Shown here one piece after another: positions 51,912 to 63,908 of a stretch of 64,000 nucleotides of DNA. Location of the stretch: contig OX597814.1 in assembly GCA_951406725.2 (NCBI GenBank), positions 170,872,001 to 170,936,000 of the forward strand, written 5' to 3'. The notes under the pieces are model-generated. The model ran no database searches and was not told where the DNA came from. It saw only the letters and a program-made list of their open reading frames with translations. Source of the DNA: Octopus vulgaris. Taxonomy: Eukaryota. Numbering within the stretch: position 1 is the stretch's first letter; each line of letters begins with the position of its first letter. Position numbers and translations under genes: made by a program.

Positions 51912-52997
51912 CGTCGTCGTCGCGATCATCATCATCATTACTGTTATCACCATTATCATTATTTTACTTTAAAATTAAATCAAGCCAGCTTTTTTTGAAA
52001 TGCTAAAAATCTGTAGCTATTTTCTTTATAAACAGAACAGTACTTTTCTCTCCTCTCCATCAACTACAGTGTGAAAAGTACAAATAAATTAGGTAGCATA
52101 TGGATACATCATCAGAATCATAACAGCAGCATTCCCCTCCACATCTGCTCTCCTGGATTGGAATTTAACTAAACTATTTTGCCCTTCCAAGCGTATCAAT
52201 CCTATGTCATGTCATCTCATTTCATCATCTCTCACTTCCATGTGGTGGGCCAAATATTTTAAGGAGAGATCTCACTCGTATTATTTATAAAATAGAATTA
52301 AAAGGAGCTACATCGACCATCTTAAAGCTAGATACCATGCATAGATTGGCTGGATATAACAAAATGGGACAAGAGTAGAAGACAGCATTAAACAGGTGCT
52401 TATTTGCAGAGAAAGAAATATATAGCACTAAATAATTTGCTCAAGCAGAAAATTAGATTGTTTCATTGGCTGTGAATAACCCCACTGCTGCTAACATACC
52501 CCACCGCCACCACTATGTATTAATAAGCAGATACAAGTCAGCAGAGACGATACAATCTGTGTAGCACAGAATGTGCTCATACATGTGTGTGTGCGTGTGC
52601 TGGATATATATTGGTAATAAAGAAAAATTTTATGCTCCACCGGATACTGTGAAGCTTTAACTATCTTGAGGAGAAAATGCTTGACAGCTATTCCGTTATA
52701 AATGCTTCACCCATGACCATTTTCAAACTACAGCACCATCACTGGAGATTTTATTTGAACTGGAGTGCTCAATGCATGCAGAAGTTCTATTTTTGAGGGG
52801 AGAGATGTGATGAGGAGTGTGATAGGAAAGAAACAAAAAATAAGGAAAAGAGAGAGTGTGTGCACGGCTGGGCACACGTTCCTCTTCTACTTTGACTAGT
52901 TTTGAAGTCAATGTAGTTACTATGAAGGATAGCTAAGAGTAAGAAAGAGACAGAAACATATGCAAGTACCTACAAAACCCCAAGAAAATGTGAAATA

Positions 52998-53400
52998 ATT
53001 CTTTCTTTGGGAACAGTGAATCTCAAAGCAAGCAAAGCCACTGACAATACCATGCAAATACTGGGTCAGAAAAAATCTATGGATGTAGAAAGTTAAAAAC
53101 CACATCTCTCTTAAGGTAGCCAAATGCCTCGTCACCTAATTAGTGACAAGCAGGCGGCTATCCCAGTACTACCTTGTCGTGGTGAGAAAGCTTATGCCCT
53201 TTGAGGGAGGGGCGGCTCGTGATGGCATGCACCCACCTCGCACATGCCGCTCCCGTGACCAATCCCGCGGGGTGGGCTTTTGTACAACTCGGGATGACCC
53301 AGATCCATATGTCCAGTAAACATGTCATGTTCATCCAATATTTGTATGGTATTGTTAGTGGCTTTGTCGGTTTCAAGACTGACCATTCCAAAAAAGAAAT
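52998..53400. repeat. ~70-bp imperfect inverted repeat enclosing a GC-rich block
   Basis: Core 53033-53064 / 53335-53366 has 3 mismatches in 32 bp; also visible as the similar peptides QYLHGIVSGF and QYLYGIVSGF in opposite-strand ORFs. Confidence 0.85.
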
Positions 53401-53986
53401 ACACACATACACACCATCATATGAGAGTATAAGGTGTAAACTAATGACCATGCACTCAACGATCCATCATCATAACCTCATACCCATTGTGACTTTCATA
53501 AGTAAAAATCATGAAATACACAAAAAAAATTATGCAACACTTACTAATGATTAGTTTCAATGTAACTGAATGTAGAATACACACATTGATTTCTCTTGTA
53601 TGTACTGCCATAAATACTGTGTGTGTGGGGGGGGGGGATAAGATTTTTTCCGTTACTAATAACACAATCCACCCAGACAGCTTTGGTAGGAGACATTTGA
53701 CCAAGGTACCAAACAATAGATTGAAAGTGAAACCATTTGATTGGGAGGTAATCTTCTTAACTACACAGCCAGACAACCACCCATCCACAAGGAGCAAATA
53801 TACACACAGACACACACCCATACAGAACACACACAAAAAGGCATACATATATATATATATATATACACACACATACACTCATATAGAAAACATGTGTATC
53901 AATCTAAAAAGTTACAAAAGGCATGTATACACACACATATATGTACATGCATACAGACAAAAATTTGAATATATACTCATGTATTC

Positions 53987-54038
<52 letters not shown>

Positions 54039-54673
54039 CATGCATGTGTGTGTGCACATGTGCATTTAGATATACAAACAAGGTCTGTAGTAGTGTTTAT
54101 TTGTCTATCTCTGAAGGAATTAATCCTTAGTCTTCTCTACATATAACACACACACACATTTACAATTATGTATGCATAATAGATATGTATGTAAATCAGA
54201 CAGACACATTTTTTTTTCTTTTTTTACTTTTTATAACATCTCCTTTTACAACTAGTTTTGAAATTATTTATTGCTTTTATTTAATAGTCTCTATTTTGCA
54301 TCATCATTTAGCATGTAAATTCAACTACTGAGTATTGAATACTACATGTATTGCATATTTAAAAACAAACTATTTTATTTTGTAATGTAATTCCTTATAA
54401 TGTAATTCCATTTTAGAGCAGATGGAAATGAACATAATGTTAAACACTAGAAGTATGAATTTGGTACAAACTGTTGAATACAACTTTAATAAGTATATAA
54501 TTGTTGTCTCACCATTTTCCTCTCTGTAAGAATTGTTTAACTTCATAAATGTTTAACTTAATTTATTTACCTTGAGTTATGATGTGCTGGTGATTCCAAA
54601 GAAAGATAAAATGGTGCAATACATGACAAGAAATTTTAAGATTTTTATAATGAGTAGGAAAAGAAAATATTAA

Positions 54674-54802
54674 CCTTTAACACGCTGTAGATGCATCATG
54701 TCACCATATGAGTTTTCTCCCCTCTCAATGTGACATAACGTGCTTGCAGCTATAGGGGAGAAAACTCATAATGTGCCATGGTATGCATAAGTATACTAAA
54801 GG
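54674..54802. mobile_element. Short fully palindromic TTAA-flanked MITE
   Basis: TTAA-CCTTTA...TAAAGG-TTAG; internal perfect 17-bp IR 54707-54723/54754-54770; intervening arms partly complementary. Confidence 0.75.
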
Positions 54803-54914
54803 TTAGATATGTATATTCTGTATGCCTTCTCCTCTATTCTTTGATTTATATTTTAAACTTCTTATCCTGCCTCAACTTAATCTCGAAGAGTTTGTCTCCC
54901 CTGTGAAATTGTAG

Positions 54915-55155
54915 TAGTGGCCAATGCCAATGCTGTCTGACAGGCACCTGTGCTGGAGACACATAAAAAGCATCGTTCAAGCATTGGGCCTCATGGAGGC
55001 AGTGACAAGTGACTGAGACTTTTGATGACATACCATACTTGTGTAGACTTGCCAAATCAGATCAGAACCTGGCTTACCAGTTTTCAGTCAAACCGTTCAA
55101 CCCCTGCCAGCATGGAAAACGGACATTAAATGATGATGATGATGATGATGATGAT
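54915..55155 (+). mobile_element. SINE N copy with (GAT)n tail
   Basis: CCTGTGCTGG..ATAAAAAGCA internal repeat (also at 5155-5280 and 18905) and tail CAGCATGGAAAACGGACATTAAATGATGATG. Confidence 0.8.
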
Positions 55156-57551
55156 ATATCTGACACCAGGGGTGCATCACATGTTATTTCACTCAGATTA
55201 CAGAAACTCTTGTGTGATTTGAACACACTAATGTGAGTAGTAGGGCTGTGTACACTGTGACCTAAATAATATTGAATTCTTTGTTTTCAACTAGGCAAAA
55301 ACAGGTAAATTTTGTAGTGGTGACAATAAAGACAGACAACTTTTTATACACAAGCTCCAAAGGTTACTGGGATTTATGTTATTAAGTTTCATAGGTTGAG
55401 ACTGAAATGAGAAGTTAATGGTTTCCAGTAGAACATTGTTGGCATTATTGGAAAGAGATGATGTGGACTATATTCCCCAACAGTTACAAGAGTGCAACAT
55501 ATTTAAAGAAGAAAAAAAGCCTTTACTCCACCAATTCGACTAACTCTTTTAGCTCATATTTAAGACAACAATAATCAAATGGATAATGATTTCAGGTGTC
55601 CAACTGATGCCACAGTAAAGAAAAAGTAGAATAGTATACCAATCTGAAGTATGAAATCCTCAAATGCTTAAATTAACACAGTCCTGATGTTGCCAACTAT
55701 CACTGACGTTTCAAGTGCATTAATGAATTTGAGAGCAAATTTTGGAAAGGTAGACCTTAATTCATAAGTGGATGCATTGCGTAAAAATCTGTATTATTTG
55801 GTTTGACAGAAAGCTTCTTTTTTTTTTTTTGAGAAGGAACACGAAAAAACACCAAAACTCTCCATTGTAGGCCATGAGTTGTTGTTCAAAAGGAATTGTA
55901 ATTCAACTACTCATCAAACCAATACTGTGTAACAACAGAATAATATTGATTATTGAGATTTTTGGTATAGGGTACATGTACGTTTTCAGCAATCAACAGA
56001 TTAAGATTTGTAGGAGCGAACAATAAAAATTAACATTGTGATGTGCATACATTTCTCAAATATATAATATAAATGAATGAAGATGGCTTTAGTTTTGATC
56101 GAAACTTGATCTTTTCTACAGATTTTGAAATCTTGTCTCCCCAAATTAATATTAATTATTGCATAGATGAGAGCAATATCCTTGCAAACCAAAACATTTT
56201 TCAATGTTGATAAAAGTTAATAAGGAAGTATATAGAAGTTTATATTAGGAGTGGCATTTTGAAAACCTTGATGAAGTAAGTACCAGTTGAGCACTGGGGT
56301 CGATGTAATTGGCTAGTCCCACCCCACCAAAATTTCAGGCATTGCACCTTTAGCAGAAAGGACTATTATCGTTATTATTATCACAATTTATCTTGATTAG
56401 CAAATAAGAGGACTCTTGTACAGTTGTTCAATTACTGGAAATAACAACCAAATAGCTGCTATGAATCAAATCCCACTATCTTTAATAATGGATCACACAT
56501 TGGACAATGTAATTCCTGATAATATAGAGAAACAAAATTTCATGGTCATACTTCTGTTTGATCATGTAGCAGACTCAGTGCTAAACAACTGCTGAAATGA
56601 TGAGCTAAATTAGACAACAGGTGAAATTGTCTCTCTTTTAGCTTGATTACAACGAAAAGGTTTATCATAGCATGTATTAATTAACTATTATCAAGTTATA
56701 TGGTAATGAAAGAGCAGGAATGCTATTTAATTATCTTCAAATACTATCACAACAATAAAGTTTTAAAAAAAAATAGACAATAGCCAGAAATCGAGTAGGC
56801 TTATACATACAAAGCTAATCCTATTAAGAGTGAAAAATAATACACACAGACAATATCTAAAATGATTACAACTACTGCATAATTAAGTATGAGATATTGG
56901 AGAATATGTGTCAAAAGTGATGGTTAATAAAATATTAAAACAAAATTCAGTATTATATTAACTTTCAATTTCAAAAATAATTTTTGAAATTTATAATGCA
57001 GCGATAGGACTAGCATTGGGTGATGTTGTTGATGTTGGTTGGTCTTAGGTTTTCCCTGATCGAACAGATCTATTAACAAAAGCATTCCAGCCATAACCAT
57101 CACATCATTATGTATATTGTAGCCTTACAATGTCTTATGCGTCCTTCTTTTAAGGCAGTCAATAGGGTGCGACTTAGATGTTTGACTATATTTGTACTGT
57201 AAATGTCAGTGTAGACTAGAGGCAGTCATGTTTCACCCTTTAACATTCTGATTACTCCATCAAATGTAATGTTTATATCTTCACATTGCTTTGAATTAAT
57301 CATGCATCATTTTGTAGCTTCAAGATTTTGATGAAGTGATTGTTATATATGACGGGCTTCTTTCAGTTTCCATCTACCAAATCCACTCACAATTGATAGC
57401 TTCTGTAACCTAGGTGACCAAGTCAGTAGTGGGGCGGGGGGGTATGCTTTGAGAGTGTAGCTTCTAGTATAAGAATAGCCTAGGCAAAGCTCAGAGAGCT
57501 CCTACCTCTACTGGTGACAAAGGGCCTCTTGCTCAGAGTAAAAGGTAGACT

Positions 57552-57898
57552 GTATGAAACTGCCAGATCAGATTGGAGTCTGGTGCAGCCTTCTGGCTTG
57601 CCAGCCCTCAGTTAAACTGTCCAATCCATACCAGCATGGAAAGCAGACGTTAAACTACGATGATGATGATGATGATGATGATGATGAGTGAGCTTGCAGA
57701 ATCACTGGCATGCCAGATCGAATGCTTAGCAGCATTTCAGTGGGCTTTACATTCAATGAGTTCGAATTCTATCAAGGTCAACTTTGCCTTTTATCTTTCG
57801 GGGTTAATAAAATAAGTAACAGTCAAGCAGTGAGGTTGATGAAATCAACTAGCTCTATATGCCAAAATTTCAGACATAATGCCTATAGCAGAAAAGAT
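57552..57898 (+). mobile_element. SINE N 3' end followed by a SINE M copy starting in its (GAT)n tail
   Basis: ..CAGCATGGAAAGCAGACGTTAAAC(GAT)n then GTGAGCTTGCAGAATC..ACTTTGCCTTTTATCTTTCGGGG. Confidence 0.85.
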
Positions 57899-58069
57899 TA
57901 TTTTTAAGGAAGAACCAACTGGAGAAGTAGGGATCAACTTTGCTGTTTATTCTTGGAGAAAAGGGGTTAATCAGTCCAATGGTATTGGGTTGTTTGTATT
58001 CTTCATAATTTGCGGCCTTATTGTACCAATGTTCAAAATCCTTGATTATCACAGCAATAACCTATAATA

Positions 58070-58226
58070 ATAGGAGCAATACAGTTGTATAATTTCGTGT
58101 AATTATAGTGCAAGAAAGTGTGATGTAATTATTGGGAACACAGGGTGTAGTAAGGCATGATGTAAATTATATGGATAGGAACACCAAGTGCAGTGAAGCA
58201 TGATGTAATTATAGGAGAACACTGTG
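58070..58226. repeat. Degenerate ~40-bp tandem repeat
   Basis: Recurrent TGATGTAA(T/A)TTAT..GAACAC..GTG(T/C)AGT units. Confidence 0.55.
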
Positions 58227-58434
58227 AAAATCAAATCACTTGTAAGTAAATTCAACCATATGGAAATATACAAGATGGTGATTCCAGAAGGTGTATTTTT
58301 AAAGAGAAAAGCTTAAACAACCAATATACTCAACTTTAGATGAATGAAACAATGATGAAGCCTTTAGGTGGTTGCCTGACCTACTAGAGATAGCAGTTAT
58401 ACCTTGCTTGCCAAATGACACCTTACAATCTTAA

Positions 58435-58655
58435 CCCTTTCGTTACCGTATTCATTTTGAGATGCTCTGTGTTTCTTTCAGTTATTTTAAATATAACAAA
58501 GAATTTAGTAAAATAACTTAGTTATCATTCAGCTAGTGTTAGGAACATAAATTGTGACTAAGGTTTGGTAGGAGATTTTAATTCAAAACTTATGAAAACA
58601 AGACATTTGTATTACAGAGCCAGAGCCGGTTTTGGCCGGGTTGGTAACAAAAGGG
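58435..58655 (+). mobile_element. piggyBac-type MITE family A (inside a family C copy)
   Basis: TTAA TSD both sides; CCCTTTCGTTACC/GGTAACAAAAGGG. Confidence 0.93.
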
Positions 58656-59020
58656 TTAAAAGTGGGTTGTCATGGTAGGAAAGCATTTGACACTACACCT
58701 GCACACAACTGACTTGAAGTGAAACATCTATCACAGTCTTATAAGTATGAAATGGTTTCAGTGCATGCACCCACGATAAGACAAAGTATTTTACATCTCT
58801 AGCAGAAGGCTGTAAATTGTGGGAGAGAGTGTATAGTAGATTAAAATGAGCCTACTACAAATTTACTTATTGTGATAACCCTGGCAAATGAAAGGTAACT
58901 CTTGGTGGACTTTCAACTGAAAATGTAAAAGGACTTAACTAAAGAATGCAAGTCAGTTTATATTATATTTGGTGATCTAAAGGGCAAGAATTTGGGGAGA
59001 ATCTGTTAGGTTACATTTAA

Positions 59021-59250
59021 CGATTTATCATTTAGATTACCCAGTCAAATGTAATGCTAATTTATTCACATCATTTGATTTCATCATACATTATCACATA
59101 GCTTCAAGATTTTGAAAATGTGATTGTTTATTTTCAGAATGTCAGAATGATATTGTAGTGTAGGTGTGAGAAGCCAAATCCAATTGGTTTGAATATAAAA
59201 CAGGTAGATTATTTGGGCTGGATATAGCTGGTTTAAATTTATATCACCAA
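59021..59250 (-). mobile_element. MITE family B (decayed); a further fragment lies at ~57237-57345
   Basis: Reverse of the body: AGAATGA..ATTGTAG.GTAGGTGTGAGA.GC..ATTTGGGCTGGATAT. Confidence 0.7.
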
Positions 59251-61074
59251 AGTTGCAGCATTTTTTTGTATTGAGATAATATCTGAAATCCATGGAGACT
59301 AGTGGTCATATGTCAGTAAAAATTAATCCATAAAAGTTTGTAGATAAAAATATATTAGAGAGTTGATTTGCTGTGAGGAGTAACAAAAATCCAGCATTTC
59401 AGACACATGATTCCCTTTCTCTAGAAAGAATATGATGGGTTGATAACAAGGTCACAGAACATTTTGCATTAGTTGAAAGATATTAAACAATCCAAAAACT
59501 CATGAGAACTATATTGAAAAAGATTTAAAGGCGTCATAACCAAATAAAATAGATAAATGGCTGACATCACTTTTCATTTCCCTTGCATTGGTTGCAATAA
59601 AATAAGTATCAGCTTAACATTGTATTGTCTTAGCTAACTATTTTCATCCCACCCCTGTTCTGAAAGTATTACTCAATGCTGTTAGTTCATACTGATATTA
59701 CGCTGTCTTTCCTTCCAGTAGACAGGATTGCAGCTGAAAATAACTGATTCAATCTCTTTCCATCAAATGGAATAATGCAAAGTTTCAAGTTTGGGGACTG
59801 ACGATGTAGGCCACTCAGTTAAATCATTCTCATTCTCATGGCATGGTCATGGAACCATTCTCAAAAATAGCACAAGCAAGAGGAATCCCTATGAGAGTGG
59901 GTCAAAATGCTTAAAACTATGAATCTGCACTCATGCCTTAATAACTATTACAGAATATCTTATGACAGCGAACTGTTGTTATAAGGCTACGGAGAGACTT
60001 CATAGCATTTGCCAGTTGAAACCAACATTTAATACCATTGCTACCTTCACATAACCACAGCAACTGTTCCACCTTTGCACAAATGTCATCGCAACAGCAC
60101 CAACATCATTTGTGTTAATCTCTTGTTTTTCAAGGTGAACCTAGGTTACACAAATCTTTGTCAAATACAGCATTTATTCATACACCACAATTCAGAGTTA
60201 CTGTATCTATTAGACATTAGATTCTTAATTGTAGCTTACTTCAAATCAGCCCATCCTTGATCTACTCCTAACTTTACATAACTCTTACATATTGCTAGTT
60301 TGATTTGCTGTCACTGTCATTATTATCATCATCATCATCATTATTATTTCAATAGTAATATTTTGTACAATGTACCTCAGACACATGAAATAATTTTACC
60401 ATTATTTGTGTTTTGACTCATTATATACTAAATTCAAACCCAGTCATTTATCTTTTTAAGATCTATATAATAAAGTACCTTTCATGTTAACATAACTGCT
60501 TCACTCCCCCAACTTTTGGCCTGATGTCAGTGTAGGAAATCATTGTCTTTCATTCTCCCAGTGCTGATAAAATACCAGTCAAGTACTGGGGATCAATTCA
60601 GTACAGTAATAGAAAGACTACTTTGTGGTATTAGTTTCAACTCTATGTACCACTAGTATCAGCTTTGCCTTTCATCCCCACTCCCCAGCCAATATGATAT
60701 TGTGTAGCTACCACATCACAAAATTTTTGTTCCTAAATTATAAACAACACAACAGTCATCACTATTGTTACTACCATCAATAAAGGGCAATGGATGACAG
60801 AATCAGTAGATTTAATTACATTTTTTAATGTTCTTAGCTCAAATCATAGTAAATCAAATAGAGTGCCAAAATCATTCGAGCCTTGCAGCAATTATACTAG
60901 TTCTGAGATCAAATCCAACAAAGTCAACTCTGCCATTCATCCTTCTAGGGTTAACAAAGTACCAGTCAACTACTAACTTTGATATACTCAACTATTCCCT
61001 GCCCACTCAATCTATGGCATTCTGTCTTATGGTAAAACAACAGTATGGGATTGTATAATTGGTACTTTGAATTA

Positions 61075-61203
61075 CCATATTTGCTTATGTATGTTGCATC
61101 CCTAATTTCATAGTTTTAGCTTTGCCCTGTGTGTATGAATTGCACCCCAGTTTTTTTCCAGTTAAAGTATGAAATAGTGCAGCTTATATATGAATAAATG
61201 CGG
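61075..61203. mobile_element. Decayed Tc2/pogo-like MITE
   Basis: TA-CCATATTT...AAATGCGG-TA with partly complementary ~25-bp ends. Confidence 0.5.
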
Positions 61204-61435
61204 TAAATTAATTTGTGGCATTTGATTCCATCCTTTTACACCTGGCTGACATCATGTTTTTTTTTTCTTCAATAGGAAACTAGGACAACCTGATGTGAGT
61301 GTAATTAACTGGTGAATGCATTTGAAAGTGGTGATGCATGTCCAAAGACCAATTAATGAAATCGGTAAAAGAATAAGATACTGGTGAGACATGAGTTTGT
61401 GAACTACTTCCAAGTTTTGACTAAAGTACATTCTC

Positions 61436-61451
61436 TTAAATACACACACAG
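61436..61451 (-). CDS. Terminal coding exon e (N-C-V-C-I-stop), followed by presumed 3' UTR
   Basis: Acceptor TATTTTTGCAG after a 158-nt intron; the phase-2 join gives AAC TGT GTG TGT ATT TAA. Confidence 0.55.
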
Positions 61452-61609
61452 CTGCAAAAATACAATAAAGTCTAGAAGAAAGGCATGCCCACCACAAAGG
61501 TCTCTTCTTTCACACAAAGGATATTTTATTAAATTGTAATCTTAAGTCTATAAATTTATAACATCTGTTTGCACCTGTAGCTGTTGGTGAATTCAGTCCA
61601 CACCATTAC

Positions 61610-61665
61610 TTTTCAATTATGGCACCAATGTTCTTCAGAGAACCATTAACTTTAATACTCAATGT
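61610..61665 (-). CDS. Coding exon d (56 nt)
   Basis: Acceptor ATAATTTCTCAG; only phase 0 is open: TLSIKVNGSLKNIGAIIE + AA; donor GTAATG. The upstream 1.8-kb intron is filled with MITEs and SINEs. Confidence 0.6.
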
Positions 61666-62159
61666 CTGAGAAATTATAATTGCAATTATAATAATTATAT
61701 TCACTGGAATTATTTAATTTGTAAGTAATTATCTAATTAATAATGTATTAATGAAACTGCTGAAATATCATTTCACATGGTGAAAGCTATTTTCATGCAA
61801 ATATTCTCTAAATCTTATTTAATTTGTCTCCACATAATGGTATTGTTTTTTGGGGGGTTTTTTTTTTCATTGTAATAACTACTTGTTTGACATGACCTTT
61901 CATTTTTACTAAATACAACTAAAGCCTTGCTATTTTCAAAATTGATTGTAACAAATGTGGCCACGAAAGATAACTGTATCATATGACTTTGTCTGTCTAC
62001 ATCTTTATGTTTAGAGTACCAAGGAATGCTGAAAAGGTTGTGGCTAGATTATACATCAGGTGAGTGGAAACAGGAGTAAAAATGCAAATAAAATCAAAGT
62101 AACTTCAAAGTAGAAGGCAACTGTCAAAGGTATAGTAGATATGGAAAGATACACATTAA

Positions 62160-62571
62160 CACTTTTGTTACTGTATTTATTTTGAAATGCTCAGTGTTTC
62201 TCTCAATTAATTTTAACCCTTTAGCATTTAAACTGGCCATATCTGGCCAAAATATTCTCCCTTGTTATAATGTTCAAATTGGCCAGATCTAGCCTCTCAC
62301 ACCAGCCCTACTATATAATTCTAAATATGAATAGTTACTTCATCAAAATCTCAAAGCTACAAGATAATGCAGGTTTAATTTAAAACAATGTGAATAAATA
62401 AGCATTACTTTTGGCAGAATAACGTGAATACTAAAGAATTTAGTAAAATAACTTAGTTATCATTCAGCTAGTGTTAGGAACATAAATTGTGACTAAAGTT
62501 TGGTGGAAGATTTTAAAACTTATGAAAACAAGTGCGCCAAAGTCAGTTTCAGCCAGGTTGGTATTGAGAGG
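62160..62571 (+). mobile_element. MITE A with MITE B (62217-62436) nested at its internal TTAA
   Basis: A body before 62213 and after 62436; B starts TTAA-CCCTTTAGCA; outer TTAA flanks. Confidence 0.9.
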
Positions 62572-62761
62572 TTAATATGACAATAGAGGTGAAGAGGGTG
62601 TATCTATGTAGATGTATGTGTGCAAAATGGTTCTGGGTCCAGCCCCGGTGTGTGGCATCTTGGGTAAGTGTTTTCTATCATAGCCTCAGGCCAACCAAAG
62701 ACTTGTGAATGGATGATAGATGGAAACTGACAGAAGCTCATCATACTCACACACACATGTA

Positions 62762-62966
62762 GTTGTTGTTGTTAAGCAACAAGACGGGTAAGGGTGATTA
62801 GGTGATGGTCTAGGGCTTAGGGGTGGGAGACCCCAGAACTTGGGGGAGGGGGGACTTCGGTCATCTTGTTGTAGCCGAGGACTCTTCGTTGACGTCCAAC
62901 ACCACTGGGAGGTGGCCCTCAAAGTCACTGGAAATGGAGATCTCCAGGTCCAAATTCTTGAACGAC
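62762..62966 (-). mobile_element. GC-rich 5'-truncated retroposon 3' end with (AAC)n tail, inserted after a SINE K fragment (62625-62745)
   Basis: Sharp GC shift; minus strand ends ..GCTTAACAACAACAAC; imperfect TSD CACACAT(AT)GTA. Confidence 0.6.
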
Positions 62967-63009
62967 CACACATATGTATGTACATGTGAGTAAGAGTCTG
63001 TATGTTCCA

Positions 63010-63228
63010 TCATTGTTGTAAAATTGTCACTGTCATACAAGTAGCGTCATTCATTTCCAATATTCTATGGAAATATCTCTGGCCATGGGGAAATGTTAAC
63101 TTGTTGAGAAACAGGTGAGGGTTAGCAACAGGAAGGGCATTCGACAATAAGAAATCTACCTCAACAAAGTGTCCGACACATGCAAGAATGGAAAAGTGGG
63201 TATTAAAATGATGATGATGATGATGATG
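63010..63228 (+). mobile_element. SINE N-type copy
   Basis: CAGGAAGGGCATTC..GCAAGAATGGAAAAGTGGGTATTAAAA(TGA)n. Confidence 0.7.
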
Positions 63229-63468
63229 TTGGTGACACACAAATAGAAAGAGAAACATAGAAAGGCGTAGTTGCATGAATGGAGAAATGTTCATGTTCAT
63301 TAAGATACATTGAAATAAACCTTATGAAACACACACACGCTTCTATATATTCAAACACACCCACCCACAAACATGAACACTAAGTCAGAAAAATTGATTT
63401 AACACAAGAGAGAACATAGCTCAAATGCAGTAGAATTCCAATATTTCTTATTAATTTGCTTGCATCAC

Positions 63469-63585
63469 CTCAGAATTGGGTCCATTTTCTAATCTGCATG
63501 AGTTCATTGATACAGTTGGTGGACAGTCAGATGAGGAGTGCAGATTACCATTAATAGACATTTTATAGCATCTATTAAAATCTAT
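63469..63585 (-). CDS. Coding exon c (117 nt)
   Basis: Poly-T tract plus AAG acceptor (the neighbouring TAG acceptors give stops); IDFNRCYKMSINGNLHSSSDCPPTVSMNSCRLENGPNSE; donor GAG|GTGATG, phase 0. Confidence 0.6.
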
Positions 63586-63666
63586 CTTGATAAATGATGG
63601 AGTGAAAAAAAAAAAAAAACTCTTGGTATAATAACAATATATATGTGCATATATATAAATACATAT

Positions 63667-63723
<57 letters not shown>

Positions 63724-63738
63724 TACATACATACATAC

Positions 63739-63835
63739 AGATGGGGAGGCACATGTATCTATCTGTTTATCTTTCTGGAGATTTTCAAATGGGTAGAATA
63801 ATAAATTTGATGGGCCATGGTTGTACTCATCAAAA
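63739..63835 (-). CDS. Coding exon b (97 nt)
   Basis: Strong CAG acceptor; open frame (N)FDEYNHGPSNLLFYPFENLQKDKQIDTCASPS; donor GTATGT, phase 0. Confidence 0.7.
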
Positions 63836-63908
63836 CTGTGGTCAGAAACAGAGGAAAAAATAATAAAATAAAATAAAATAAAAAAATAATCTAAGTAATA
63901 AATAGTAC

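Noticed and set aside
53511-54146. Longest ORF (211 aa) and similar ORFs at 25345, 45335 and 45367
   Set aside because: They translate SINE fragments and (CA)/(TA)/(TG) microsatellites, with no domain signal.
55680-56220. Possible decayed LINE RT on the plus strand (ANY.., SKF.ER, FNVDK-like traces)
   Set aside because: Too fragmentary to call without a translated HMM search.
62015-62065. Plus-strand 45-nt mini-exon pattern (TTTAG..CAG|GTGAGT)
   Set aside because: No compatible neighbouring exons; it lies antisense within an intron of the minus-strand gene.
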